A DNA stretch of 64,000 nucleotides from Octopus vulgaris (taxonomy: Eukaryota). Positions 1 to 13,600 of this stretch are shown here, one piece after another; the stretch's first letter is position 1; every line of letters begins with the position of its first letter. Both the position numbers and the translations under genes were made by a program. The notes under the pieces are model-generated. The model saw nothing but the letters and a program-made list of their open reading frames with translations. It searched no databases and was not told the DNA's origin. The DNA is taken from positions 14,136,001 through 14,200,000 of the forward strand of contig OX597814.1 of the NCBI GenBank assembly GCA_951406725.2, in the 5' to 3' direction.

Positions 1-19
1 GGATTTATTCCCTAATATT

Positions 20-86
<67 letters not shown>

Positions 87-245
87 CCAAGATTTTTTAT
101 GTGAAGTCGTGTGTTGAAACAGATATTGTTACATTTCGGAATAGTCATTTTGCCAGTTTAGCCAATAAAAAACACATGCACTATATATTTGATGTTATTT
201 TGCTTCAGTGTTATTTATTTTTTACGTTAATCTTAATCATATTTC

Positions 246-290
246 GGCCAGAGTTCTTTCGTCTCACTCCTGTGAACGCATCAGTGGTCC
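246..290 (-). ncRNA. Minimal type I hammerhead-like motif (A9 variant)
   Basis: Minus strand reads ggacca CTGATGC gttcac agga gtgagac GAAA gaac TC tggcc. Confidence 0.6.
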
Positions 291-471
291 TTTGTTTTAT
301 TCTTTCTTATTTCCGTCTCTCCTTACTAACCGTCAGTCACACACACACACACGCTAAATAAACATAGACGCACATAGAGATATAAGCGTGCGCAAATGAA
401 GACATACAATAGAAATACAAAATGGCTGACAGTTAGTAAGGAGAGACAGCAATAAGAAAGAAGAAAACAAA

Positions 472-516
472 GGACCACTGATGTGGTCACAGGAGTGCGA
501 CGAAAGAACTCTGGCC
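472..516 (+). ncRNA. Minimal type I hammerhead-like motif (A9 variant)
   Basis: ggacca CTGATGT ggtcac agga gtgcgac GAAA gaac TC tggcc. Confidence 0.55.
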
Positions 517-636
517 GAAATAAGAATAAGATTAATGTAAAAAATAAATAACACCAAATGTATAGTGCGTGTGTTTTTATTGGCTAAACTAGCAAAATGA
601 CCATTCCGAAATATAACAATATATATATATATATAT

Positions 637-773
637 AAGATTAATCTGCCGAAATTGCGAAGATGATCCGGTTCTTGACTGAAGATTGAAGGCTTCGAAT
701 GTCCCGTCCGTGTTTTTTGTGTCGTCTTCTAAATGTTTCACATTCTTGTCCCAGTTTGTATTTTTTTACTTTA

Positions 774-775
<2 letters not shown>
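637..775 (+). mobile_element. 5'-truncated fragment related to the permuted-hammerhead repeat family
   Basis: gccGAAAttgc...ttcttgaCTGAAGA...cgaatgtcccgtccgtgtttt resembles 34421-34500 and 35232-35350. Confidence 0.5.
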
Positions 776-810
<35 letters not shown>

Positions 811-3403
811 ACGTTCTTTCTATAAAACAATAGTCATCTGCTATGCTCCGTACACTTAACACATAAATATAATATAATGGTATATCTTTTTTCAACGTCC
901 GACGAGATTCAACCTTGTAATAATTTGATTATTTTAATTAATTTCAAAAGTTTGAATCGAAACAGCTGTCAGAGATTATTTCTAATTTTGTAATTAATAA
1001 ATAATTATTAATTTATTTTCTATGTTTTCTTTTTTTTTATATGTATATATATCGTCAGTAGTTCATTTATGCACAAAAGAAGCACGCTAAAATATTAGAG
1101 CAGTAATATTTTTCTAGGAAGTTAGTTGTTATGGCCGGTTAAAAATTGACCGCTGGTGGTTTCGTATCTATAAAGCACTGAACCGTATAAGCAACTGCTC
1201 AGACTCAAATGACCGAAGGTAAATCACGTCTCTAAAACTCGAGGGAGAAAAACGTCACGAACAGTTAGTTTTATAACAGAAAATATATATCCGGAATAGC
1301 CGTGTAAATAGTTCCAGATGGGACGGAATCACCTCCCTTACATCGGTGCCAAACGTATCTCGAATGTTTATATAGGGAAGCTCATGATTCTTTAATAATT
1401 TAATATCTCATACACATCGCCTTGGAAAAATCTTTCAATAGCTAAACTATTCGAACACAATAATAAAACGTGACCTATGTAAAAGTTTCCAATGAAAATT
1501 TATACTCTGCACTATAACTATTAAATAAACATTCCAAACAAATATCTTCGTATGAACTGTTTGCTTAGAAGTCTCTGAAGTATTTTAAATCTTTAAGTTT
1601 CACAGAAGGACACACCTCCCTTACACTCGAAATTTTCTCACGACTGGACATATTCATGTATCATTTTACGGACATATACAGAGGCACGCACACGCAAAGA
1701 CAAACTCCACACACACACGCAAATGCACGCAAACACACACACACGAACACACGCGAACGCATGCTCACACACACATATGCGTGCAAATATATATGCGTGT
1801 ATTTATTTGAATATGCATATATACTTGGCTTTCCAATCGGACATTGATAAATTTATTTTTTATTCCTGTAAAAAAAATCATTAATAACTGTAAAAGCATT
1901 TGATATCAAATCTTTTCTAATTCCCTTAAATTTATTTTTATAATCTTTTGCTTTCTAAAATGAATCCACTATTTCATATTGATTATCTTTTTCTATTTTC
2001 TGTGTCTGATTTCTTGTTTCGGTTTCTCTTTACTTTTTCATTAGTTTGGTATCTTTCCCAACATTATTTTATAATTCACACGCGTGATTTCCCTAATTTT
2101 TCCGTCATAAAATATGCGAATTTTATGACAAGGGTATATGCACTATTAATTTTTGGAATTTTATGGAATATGTGTTTTAATCTCTTTTTTTTCACATATA
2201 AATGTTGAAACTCTCGTTAACACAAGTTCTGGTTGGAGGAATCCCCAAGCGGGAAAATGTCAACTCAAACATGATTGATAACCTTCAGCCTGCAAATTTA
2301 ATACAGCAGTTGTTCTGATGTTTCCTAAATAGAGCTGTTGCTCAGATTCGCCAACCGAATAAAATATGTGGAGACGTTTTATGTACCAGAGTGCAGAGGA
2401 AAATATGTTTGGAAGAAACGGGATGAACCAACTATGAAACTAATTACAATTCAAAGAATCTCCACGTGCAGCAAAAGAACAACGCAAAACAAGGACTGAA
2501 TTAGTACATCAAGCGCTGATCTAAGTAATCTTGCTGGACAATCATAAAATTAATTTCGTAATTACTTTTCGTCAATGACATAAACTGATTCAGTCATATA
2601 TTCAGAAATCGAGACTGTCGTTCTTCATGCAATCGGAAAACAATATATTTGTCGGCTCTTTGAAATCTTTGCCAAGAACAAATTAATTGATTATGAACAC
2701 ACTAAGTACCTCCTACCAAAATAAAGCATTGTATACTCATATATCATAAGCTGGTGTATAGACAAAACTGAAAAAAGAAATGGTAGTGAATAATGTATCG
2801 AAGTAAATATTAATCTTATAGACGAAATATTGTGTATAGACACAGGACAAATTATTCATCTTCTGTGAAGTGACATCGCGTTGGGCTGTAAATGATATCA
2901 TGAGAGTGACAGATGCAAATTTCTGCGTTTTTAGAACAATAGCGTCTTCCCGTGCTTGTGTCTAAGGAGCGCATAAAATATAAACGTACTAAGGTTTATT
3001 TCAATTGTCGCTCTTTAGTCTGCTCTTATTGCTATTTATTAAGAGATTGACGAAACAGTGTAAGCACCAGTAAACATATGTTTCGATTTTTAGGTGAAAG
3101 CACGGACGGTAACTCACATTAGTATATGAATTATCAAAGCGATGTTTTTGTCATTTATGCAACCTAACGATACAGAAAAATCTGTTCGACAGTCTGAGGA
3201 CACCATTGAAAGCCAAGCTTTCTCTTTTTCTCATGTTGACTATGACGAAAACGTTTTCTTTCAAACAGTAATAACTGCAGCCCAAATCATTCCAGGTGAA
3301 GTGCACACGAATGCGATGTGTATAAACGCACAGACACACGCACACACACATACATACAATTGCACACATACCAACACACACGTAAGCACTCACTTACACA
3401 CAG

Positions 3404-3460
<57 letters not shown>

Positions 3461-3479
3461 GTGTATTAGCCGGTGTTTT

Positions 3480-3522
3480 CAAAGCGATGAATAGCTTTTT
3501 GCCGAAACCATGGTTCGCTTTG
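3480..3522 (+). ncRNA. Degenerate minimal hammerhead remnant
   Basis: 7-bp stem I caaagcg/cgctttg, mutated core ATGAATA, short stem II, GAAA, palindromic CCATGG, TT. Confidence 0.5.
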
Positions 3523-3732
3523 TTCTCTTACTTTATTATCATCTTATAATCACCTCATAATAATGACTTTTATAACTCTTATCACTACCTCAGTCCATCT
3601 AAATGTATATATTTGTCATTACCTGTCATAAAACGCCTTTTTTTTATTTGCAATATGCATTTTCGTTTATTTTTCAAATTTTACCCATACATTTCCACGT
3701 GTATTTTATATTTTCTTTTTCTAGCATATTTC

Positions 3733-3735
<3 letters not shown>

Positions 3736-3821
<86 letters not shown>
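3736..3821. repeat. (TA)n microsatellite, representative of many (e.g. 22-79, 3410-3458, 16374-16437, 22202-22292, 28815-28863)
   Basis: Direct reading. Confidence 0.98.
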
Positions 3822-3822
<1 letters not shown>

Positions 3823-4642
3823 GGTATATTTGAAGTATTAATTTACGGTATATTTGAATATATATATATATATATATATGCGAGTGGATGTACATGTGAA
3901 TGTAGATATGTAATTAGTTACCATGCGGTTGTTGCTGCCGGACATAATTTGTTAGTATGTTTGAAATTATGCTAATTTAAAGATAGCCACGCACTATAAA
4001 TTGTCAAACAGGTTTTAATGAAGTGCATGCATTGTGATATGTTTCATCAGTTAAATATTCGGTTTCTTTTCTTTGCCGCCAGCAATGGAATCTTAAAATC
4101 TTAACTGAGCTACGTTTTCATCAAAATAGATGCGTATCATTTTCGGAAAGACATGTGTATAAATACACTTTTCTAAGGAAAGAAAGAATTATCAGATTTT
4201 TTTTATATTATTCATCGTAATAATAAATAAACATCTGTATATGAGGTATGATGCTTAAAATTTAGATGCGACGCAGATTTCTTCTTCGGTTCGGCAGATT
4301 TTAATTAAATTGCGCACGGAACATAAAATTCTACCCCTTATTTTATTATTTTTTTTAACATGAGAAGCAAAGTATTATTTAATTAGAAAATAATAATCAA
4401 TATAGAAAAGAGAGAGAAAACTTACCAAGTCAGAAAATGCATATTATAATTTTGGTTATATCCAATTTGACGCTTTAAAAATCTAATACTTTGGAAAATA
4501 ATGAAGAAAAAACGTCATGCTACCTATATATTAATTCATGGAAATCTTGTAAATCTATGTTTAATTGAAAATAAACACTGTATTGCATCTAGAAATCGGG
4601 TACTGGCTCACAACGAGATATCAGATTGCTTTAAAATTATAC

Positions 4643-4722
<80 letters not shown>
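4643..4722. repeat. (AAT)n microsatellite
   Basis: Direct reading. Confidence 0.98.
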
Positions 4723-4724
<2 letters not shown>

Positions 4725-4869
4725 TGATGCTTAACCACAATGTATAAAATGTTAACATCTGTCTTGACTAAATATAACTATAGTCTTTTTCATAGAAAGT
4801 GGCATATTCTCTAACGAACAAAAAATATGTAAACGTGGCTCTTATGGTTGTAAATGTCAGCTACTCATC

Positions 4870-6630
4870 AATAAGATGATCTTGCAAGATTGTCAAAAAC
4901 GACAAAAAACTTGTCGATAGCCTCGATAGATAAAAGCTTTTGATAGTCCACATCAAAGCAGGATTAAGAAATGTCTGGAAATGTATAAAACAACACCTAC
5001 TCTGCAAAACCTTTTGTCTGTAAGTATGAGATCATGGAGAACCACACTCACTTTGAAAAGTGACGATGGATCTGTTAATGCTGAAGATGCATGAATATCA
5101 TGAGGCATTTTCCAGGATGACTTTGTATAACCACTCCTCTTTTGTCTAGCCTTAATACCGCTCTCGAAATTGCTCTGTGTGATAAAAACATGAATCATCT
5201 CATGGATGATGAAAAGCTCTTTGCCAAATATGACCAAGAACTAGAGATCTTATTAGCGATTGTCAAACAATTCAGTGATGACATCAGGATGTAATTTGGC
5301 ATCGATAAATGTACAAAAGCTACCTGTATCAAGGGAAAAATGATAGAAACATCTAATGTTAAACTTGACGAGCAGAATGTCATAAAGGAGTTAGAGCCAG
5401 TGGAGAGCTACAAATACCTAGGCGTATATGAAGGGGACAGAATCAAACATTCAGTGATTGTGGAAAGGATCAGGAGAGAATGTTATCACAGATTAAGGGC
5501 AATACTCAAGACAGAGCTGAATGAAACAAAGAGGATCGAAGCGATCATTACTTTAGCCATACCAGTCGTGACTAACAGTTTCAATAACATTAACTGGTCA
5601 TTTACTAAAATATGTAATCTTGATAGAAAAATACGAACATTGTTGACAGTGCATAGAATGCATCAACCTAAGGCAGATATAGAAAGATTTTACCTGCCAA
5701 GAAAAGAGGGTGGCCGTGGACATTTACAGTGAAGAGTACCACAATTGACCTAGACATCTACCTGAAAAACTCTGATGACTGGATGATAAAACTTGATTCA
5801 AAGCATGAAAACAAGAAGGCATTATACACAGTAACAAAACAAGCAAGGTAATATCTAGGTGAATTCCAAATACAACAAATTCCAGAATTAGACGTACTAG
5901 AGACAAGCACAGAAAAAGCTAAGCATTGACAATTCCATAGGGATGTTGAAGATAAGACAGACAGAGAAAAAAGATGACTAAAAGTGATTTGAAAACCGGA
6001 AACGTAGGCTCTAAGCTCTGCTGCCCAAGAGAAATTAAGAACCAATTACATCAAATTCAGAATAGACAGCACAGAGAAAGTGATAAGTGTAGAATTTGTG
6101 GACAAAATGGAGAAACTGTAGGGCATATTACCAATCGATGTACGCCACTAGCCGAGAATTCATATAAAAGACAGTTTATTGACTTGACAGAGCAAAAAGG
6201 TATCGTCGAAAAAGAAAATTTAAAGATTCTATGGGATTTTATGTTTCAGTGCGACCATGGGATAGAGAATAGGAAATCAGGCATAGTATTATTTGAAAAA
6301 GAAAACAGACTATGCTGGAGAATTGACATAGTATGTCCAGCAGAGCAGACAAGCTATTCGATTCGGAAGTATGAAACGTTGATAGATATAACGGTTTAGC
6401 TTGGGAGGATAAGCATTCGTGGTCGCAGAAAAAGGTGGTAGTAGTACCAATAATTGTCGGAGCCCTGGGAACAATGAGTAAAAATCTTGTGAAGTACAAG
6501 GAACAAATAGGGGCTGCAATAAGGGTGTAGCACTTACAGGAAACAGCGCTGCTTGGAACATCTCTTGGAATATTGTAGATGGTGCTCAAAGATCAAGGGG
6601 TGTTACCTTAGTTCACTGATAGTGAACAGC
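4870..6630 (+). mobile_element. 5'-truncated, decayed R4/Dong-like non-LTR retrotransposon (RT, CCHC knuckle, RLE endonuclease)
   Basis: Translated fragments: HLMDDEKLFAK, FGIDKC, SYKYLGVYE, RFYLPRKEGGRG, SDKCRICGQNGETVGHITNRC, KILWDF...CWRIDIVCP. Stops and frameshifts present. Confidence 0.88.
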
Positions 6631-6978
6631 TGAAGAAGAAGAAGAAGAAGAAGAAGAAGAAGAAGAAGAAAAGAAGAAGAAGAAGAAGAAGAAGAAGAAG
6701 AAGAAGAAGAAGAAGAAGAAGAAGAAGAAGAAGAAGAAGAAGATAATGATGATGATCATGATGACTTGATTGCTGAACTGTGGGCAGCTGAAGCTTTCCG
6801 TCATAGTCAGGAAAGTAAACAAGAAAGCTATCATGAAATGATAATAATAATAATAATAATAACAACAACAAAAATGATAATGATAATAATATTGTTATTA
6901 TTATTGCTATTGTTGTTGTTGTTGTTCTTCTTCTTCTTCTTCTTCTTCTACTTCTACTTCTTCTTCTTCTTCTTCTTC

Positions 6979-7051
<73 letters not shown>
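6631..7051. repeat. Compound triplet repeats (GAA)n, (ATA)n, (TTG)n, (TTC)n, (TTA)n
   Basis: Direct reading. Confidence 0.95.
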
Positions 7052-7052
<1 letters not shown>

Positions 7053-7109
7053 TCTATTCTCGTAAGATCTTGCGAGAATCGATATTCTTAGCAAACCTAA
7101 ATTCCATGA

Positions 7110-8635
7110 AGTAACCCAAAGAAAGTATTGGCTGAATCAAAGAAGGATATAAGGAGAGTAATGTCAGAATTAAACAAAGGATAAAAGCAAATGCTGCCAA
7201 GTTCAAAAAGTACAATATTGAACAGTTTAGCCAAATACGTTTTTCGAAACAGATCAAAGTAGATTTTAAGAGGAACTATATGAATATGTGGCCCTGAACG
7301 TAACGTGTAACAAGGTAGAGGCAAAAGAGAAACCTAGGGTTCCACAAAGTGAAATACAATGGCGATACAGAAAAGTTAAAAAGAATACAGGCCAATAACA
7401 CAGAGATGGAGAAAAAGAGAAACAGAAATCACAGGAGAAAAGCTTCAAAATGTCTTGAAAACTATGTCAAATTGGAAATTCCCTGGACCACATTTAGTCC
7501 AAGGATTTTCACTGCGCTTCATGATAGAATAATCACTCAACTACATAATTGTATTGAGACAGGAGATACTCCTGGATGGAAGGCGAAAGGCAGGAAGGTT
7601 CTGATACTGAATGATCAAAATTAAGGAAATATAGCAAGCAAGCATCGACCAATAACTTGCCTTCTACTGGTGTCGAAGTTACAAACAGATGTTATATATA
7701 CATAAGTATCTTGAGGTGGTAGATTTGTTACCAGAAGAAATGAAAAGATGCAAAGAAAGCTCTAAAGGAACAAACGAATTATATATAGGTGCTATTAAGT
7801 TAGACATGGCCTGGTCCAATCTTTGGTCGAAACATATCTAAGTTTATCTAAGTTTATATATATATATATATATATATCAGCAAGTCCTCTGGGACATCAA
7901 ACTCAAGACGAATCGCCTAGCATAGGCATTGATTGTTTACCAAAATACATTTGACAGCGTGTGCCATTCTTGTATCCTAGAATAACTCGAGATATTTGGG
8001 TAGCTGGGAATGTTTCCCATTTCCTACAAAATTGTGTGCCAGGATGGAGAACTAGACTAACAGCAGTCCAAGCTAAGCTCGTTGACGTCAACTTAAATAG
8101 GAGAATATTCCAAGGTAATACGTACTCACCACTGCTATTGGTGATGTTCCCTATGCCTCTTACATTCAACCTGAGGGAGATTAAAGCCGTGAAACCATGC
8201 TACGAAATTAGCAGTGTGAGAAAATAAATTCACCTCCTGAAATTATTTTCCAAAAGTGATACAGCTTTTGATTCTTACAGATTGTTCGAGTTGTGAGTGA
8301 TATTACATGGCATGTTAGCACGGAGTTTGGAATTGATAAATGCGCGATTCTAGTGATGAAAGAATTTGTAATGAGAAATATGGAACCACTATCCGCATAA
8401 GTTCTTGTATTCTTTTGGGGCACAGAAAGAATATAAACGATGACACGATTGTGTCGCAAGGTACTACACAAGCATATTACGGCAAAAAGGGTTTAAAGTT
8501 GGAAGAAAATGCTATGAACATCAATAAGGAAGTGTTATAGAGAACGCTAAATAAATTTTATAGGATTTTAATGTACAGACTGATCGTAAAATGCAATCGA
8601 GTCGACCAGATATCCTGGCTCTTAACAATCAGGAA
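7110..8635 (+). mobile_element. Second, heavily decayed R4/Dong-like LINE fragment(s)
   Basis: LHDRIITQLHNCIETGDTPGW..GRKVLI, RPITCL, RRIFQGNTYSPLLLV, FGIDKCA. Confidence 0.75.
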
Positions 8636-8744
8636 ATTGTCCTCTCTCTCTCTCTTTCTTTCTCAGTCTAGAGGTGCATGCACAAATCAGCCATGTCATA
8701 CATGCCACACTCATCACAATTTCAAGTTATTTGTCGGAAACAAT

Positions 8745-9790
8745 ACTCTCTCAAGCTTCACTTTACCTTTAAGAAATCTTTTTAGGACTTAAGAAAACTT
8801 TTAGGGATTTCTTAAATCTATTCAATGCAGTTTTATACTGGCCACGTGCAGCTAGAAGTGCATCATCCCTATATAACCCTCCAGTAAGGAAGGGGAAATT
8901 ATCCCTAATCTTTGAAAGGAGGTGTATGCCCTCTAAATCGATTACCTTTGTTGAATCCGATGACCCCTTTGTAATATCGAAGAAATTGGTAGAATCAGCC
9001 CTCTGCCAATTACGTTTGTTGAAGTAGATGAGGGCCTCCCTTGCCGCTAAAATTACATCAATATCGGAATTAGGGTTATTCGCAAATTTCCGAGCAAAAA
9101 TCAAAGCCATTTCTTAGCAATATAGGGGATATGGAATTGTAATAATTCAAGATTTCAAATTGGATAAATTTTGCAACAGGCTTACAAGAAAAGGAGTTAA
9201 ACCATAAGATAACGTCTCCAGTAAAGTTCCTCATGCGAAGCTGAACATTATCCATCACGATTGGAATAGTCCGATCGATATGTTTACTAATCCTGCCCAA
9301 ATCAGACTTGGTAAGGCAGATTAATCTAATCAAAGGATTTGATAAAAAATCAGATTTATGGTCCTTGAAGAGACAATGGCTTTTTTGAGCATAAGGTTGG
9401 TTTCTATCAAGTAGGCTCAATCTAGAGATGATATCTGGATAAGTGTCATTAATCGTTTCCAAATTACTTTTGCTTGCATGCTTATATCCAGAATTAAGTT
9501 CTTTCAAGATCAAGTCATTATGAAGACTCGGTGGTATAGAATAAATATTCCTGGTCATATCCAGCAGGATGGGCGAATATGGAGATGATTTCATTGTAGA
9601 GATATTCTCAGACACGAGTTTCCGTAAAGGATTTGTGTATATGGAAAAGTTCAACCGTTTAATCATATTCATAATATCATTTTCAAAATTAGCAAGAGCT
9701 GGGTTGGGCGGTGGATTTCTGTAAGTTTTAAAGGTTATAATTGGTTTTCCCATCTGGAGATTCAATTCCATTCCTATTATTATTGTCCTT
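8745..9790 (-). mobile_element. Penelope-like element (Naiad-type) reverse transcriptase fragment
   Basis: ORFs 9076-9771 and 8769-9110: FKDHKSDF..NPLIRLI..KSDLGRISK, FIQFEILNYYNSI, FDITKGSSDS..DLEGIHLL, GGLYRDDAL. Confidence 0.85.
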
Positions 9791-10164
9791 GCCGTTATTT
9801 TTCAAATCATTATAAATAGATGTATACATATATATTTATACTTATGCACACACACACTCACAAACATACACACGCACACACGCACACACATATTCATACA
9901 TATATATGTATAGAGTGTTATAAATGGTGTAAAATATTGTATATTGAGAAAAAAGTAGGTCACTATAATTTTGGAAAAAGAAAATTGATGTATTCATTAT
10001 CAGCGCTTTCGTTTGTTTACGAAATTGGCGAGTAAAATTGTGAATGTGCAAACAGGTCGTTCATTTATATAAATCAGGTGTTTCTTTTATTTGTTCAGAA
10101 GAGTAAAACATTGTTTTTGTTTTGCTCTTTTGGTGAGGCGGAGGTTCCAGGACAATGGAAATAT

Positions 10165-10165
<1 letters not shown>

Positions 10166-10228
<63 letters not shown>

Positions 10229-10250
10229 GTAGACAAATAGATAGGTAGAT
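10166..10250. repeat. (GATA)n microsatellite (similar tetranucleotide tracts at 12199-12290 and 29053-29205)
   Basis: Direct reading. Confidence 0.95.
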
Positions 10251-10379
10251 AAGGGGAGGGATTTCTTTTCAATTTGGCACGTATTTACTATTTTTTTAGG
10301 TTCTTTCACATGAAATATCTTATTTCAAAGGTAACAACAAAATGTTTTAGATGTGTTTGAGAATTGATTTATTTAACCA

Positions 10380-11330
10380 AAGTATGATCTATGTTCATTT
10401 ATGGCGTTTACCTAACGTTTCCCTATGTCATCTATTCCATCTTTAAAAAAATTCATCTTTTGCTGTTATAAACTGTCCGAATGCTTCAATTACCGTTTCT
10501 GTATTTAAAAATGTTTTATTGCTCATGAAAAGCTCAAAATGCTTAAATGAGTGATGATGAGTAGTAGAGATATCAGGGTAATAGGGATGATGTTGCAAAC
10601 TTTCATAATTCGGTTTTGCAATGTTTGGAGCGTAGTTTGAGGAGAGTGAGGACATGCATTGTCGTGGAGCAACATTAGGCCATCTCTATTCACTGGTCTG
10701 GATTGCTTCTTTTCAAATTCCCATGTATACAATCAACTTTATGGCAAAACGATGTTGCTGTTACCGTTTTTCTTGTTACAAAAAGGAATAATGAATAATT
10801 CCCTTCAGAAACCATCATACATTGGCCACTAACATTTTAGGGTGCAATGGTGGGTTTGAGTAGTATTTAGGTGACCCTCCTGCATCCAATCACTGTCCTG
10901 TTCTCTTGCTGTTGTCGAAGAATATCTATCTCTCATCACAAGTAATGATTTGATGCAAAAACGATCTTTTCCAGTCACGAATAAGGAGCACACTTCGAGG
11001 CGTCTGTTTTTCTTTCTTTTCAAACCTTTCCTCTCGAAGGTTTTTAAAACCAAATCATCTCATCAACCATGCCGAATAACTGATTTTGGCCTACCCCTTA
11101 GTTTATGTTCAAAGCTATAATCTCCTGAACGAGAACTTAGGAACAATTTCTGAACAGTTCTGATGTCAACAAAACCATTACCAAAGGCCCGATTGATATT
11201 CCGTATAGTTTCTGCGGCAGAATAACCCATTTGTGCTCATACCGGAAAATTCCTCTATATAGTTTGGATGTTATCATTTTCATAATGTCTATGGGTACGA
11301 ATTTTGTATACCAATATTGTTGGGAAAGAA
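10380..11330 (-). mobile_element. Decayed mariner transposase
   Basis: LLHDNACPH, HHPYYPDISTTHHHSF (YSPDLAPSDYHLF-like), ITCDER, N-terminal RGIFRYEHK. Confidence 0.85.
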
Positions 11331-11720
11331 AAAGTGTCAGGATTAAATGCAAGATATACATAATTGAGTTTTTAAATGACTGAAATATATATGTGTGAGT
11401 GTGTGTATGTATGTGTGCGTATGCGTGTCTGTGAGTTCATATGTTTGGAAATATCTTCACGTTTACACTGCGTAATTTGATGTTTTGCCTCGAAAAATAA
11501 AGTCAGGTTTCTTTTAATTTCATGTTTTTGCATGACCAAATATTAGGACGATATTTACATATTAGAAAAATACGTAAAAGTACAATATCCCAATGTTATT
11601 GATATATACCTGAATATTTATAGAAATGAGTATCATGTTTCCAATATTGGAGCGACATTTAGAATAAAAAATGCAATTTCTCCGCTTTTCATTCAAACAA
11701 CATTCATATATATATATATA

Positions 11721-12117
11721 AAATTCAGCTTACGTTGAATGTCAACAAACAAAGTTTGCCTTAGAAGCCTTGAGATGTATTGAAAGATACAGATAAGGAA
11801 ACATTTTTTCTCAAACACTGACGCTACTAATATAGCATGAACAGGATAAACTATCTATACTTTGCAGAAAAATTTGTCAGCGGCCAGATGTGAGTCTCGA
11901 ATTCACATCCCTGGGATTAGGCGTCAAGTGCTTTACCATTATGCTAAATTGACCCAACGACAAATTCGTTTGCAAATTTAAGACGTATAAATGTAGCTTT
12001 ATAAGAAGCTATCGTACTTTAAATTTAGCTTACCTTGAAAGACAACAAACAAAGTTTGCTTTAGAAGCGTTGAAATGTATTGAAAGATAGAGATAAGGAA
12101 ATAATTTTATTCTCAAA
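11721..12117. repeat. ~95-bp direct repeats (11721-11815 and 12021-12117) bracketing a tRNA-like segment
   Basis: agcttac(g/c)ttgaa..caacaaacaaagtttgc..tagaagc..gtattgaaagata.agataaggaaa occurs twice, 300 bp apart. Confidence 0.85.
11882..11954 (-). pseudogene. tRNA-like sequence (pseudo-tRNA or SINE head)
   Basis: GGTCAATTTAGCATAATGGTAAAGC...GTGAATTCGAGACTCACATCTGGCC. A-box, B-box/T-arm and partial acceptor stem are present; the anticodon arm is imperfect. Confidence 0.55.
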
Positions 12118-12599
12118 AGCATAATCGCAGTGATGTGAGTTCGAGTCTCAAGCAATCAGGAAATAAACTGGCAACAAATGAAATAAACTGAATAATGACA
12201 TACATACATACATACATATATACATACATACATACATACATACATACATACATACATACATACATGCGTACATGCCTACATACATACGAACATATACCGT
12301 CCAGAACCCTAAGAACGTCTTTGGTCTGGTAGTTAAGTAAACGGATTCAAGTAGTTTGATTTAAAGAGATAAACATTAATGAAAAACGAGCACTAGAAAA
12401 ACATTTTAAACTAACATATTTAAGCCCCGAATTTGCAAGGCAGCAAGATTATTCGCTGAATGTCAAAGGAGGAAAATTATATTTAGTGTGTTAGATGTCA
12501 AGTTGTTCATAAATTTATATTATTAGGAGAATATTTAATACATTTTGTAAATATGTTGAATTGTGAGAGCCTACCGTTAACTGGAGTTTTAAGTCTTAT

Positions 12600-13600
12600 A
12601 GTACCTGACCAACTAAACAATGTTATGATTCAAATTAATGAATTGTTCACAGATCTCGTGAATTAATTATTCCTATGTTCCTATCTGCCATTACACATCT
12701 TTCATTTTCATATTGTTTCGCTGATATTTAAATTTTCTATTTTAATCTAAAATCGATAGCTTCAGATTTCAAATTCTTTAGGTGGTCAACTAGAGAATGT
12801 TCCCGTCTTGATTTTAGTGTTTGTATACAGAGACACGCTTATTTTGAAATAATTAAGGTGGACCATATATATTGCTTTGCTGCACTGTGGATGAGCATAT
12901 TACAGTGATATTTTACATACATTCAAAATCAGTTTCCATAAAGATGCTGTAATTCTGTTCTATCACCTTGTTAGAGTATCCCTCCTTATTAGTAAGACTC
13001 ATTGAAGTTCATATTGCATAAAATATGAATATAATGTTTAATATTGGTTTTGTTACGGGAGTTGGTAGGTGTAAGATTTTCTCTGTGTATGTTACTATCA
13101 CTGCTTTTAATATTCCTATAGGATAAAGCTGTTTCACTAGTCATATCTCGGTTATCGTTAAGGTCTTTAGTATGATTGTAGTACTTTGGTAGCAATATTA
13201 TCGCCTAAACTAGGATTAACTAAATATGATTACCTTTACTGAAAATTTGATGGCATTTATATCGTTGCAGAAAATACTTTGTAAATTCCTCAGATAGGAT
13301 CGGGGTATGTGAATTACAATTTGCGATGAGATGGGATTAAATCGACACTTACTTCTTTTCCTAGATTTTTTAACATTAATAGTAAGTGGATTCCTATATC
13401 TATATGCTATTATTTATACTTTTAGATTTAGCGTTGTTGCTTACGCTATGCCGTGGGTTAGAACCTAATTTGGCACCCAGTAAATTGATTGATTAAACAA
13501 AAGTAACTGTACGTGAAAGTCTTATGATTCTGATGGTGTTATTCTGCTATTCAATGCCATCAATGTTCTTACTGCTTATCTACATGATTTTAGTATGTTT
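12600..13600 (-). mobile_element. Highly degenerate Naiad-type PLE remnant (GIY-YIG end)
   Basis: Weak translated similarity (KQYIWST..., LVDHLKNLK...KILISAKQY) to the better copies at 16830-17150 and 41200-41600. Confidence 0.35.

Larger units (their letters stand above)
123..621. mobile_element. Inverted pair of PLE pLTR-like repeats (arms ~123-338 and ~424-621) between (TA)n tracts
   Basis: The arms are reverse complements, e.g. atttcggccagagttctttcgtc vs gacgaaagaactctggccgaaat. Each arm carries a minimal hammerhead-like motif. Confidence 0.75.
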
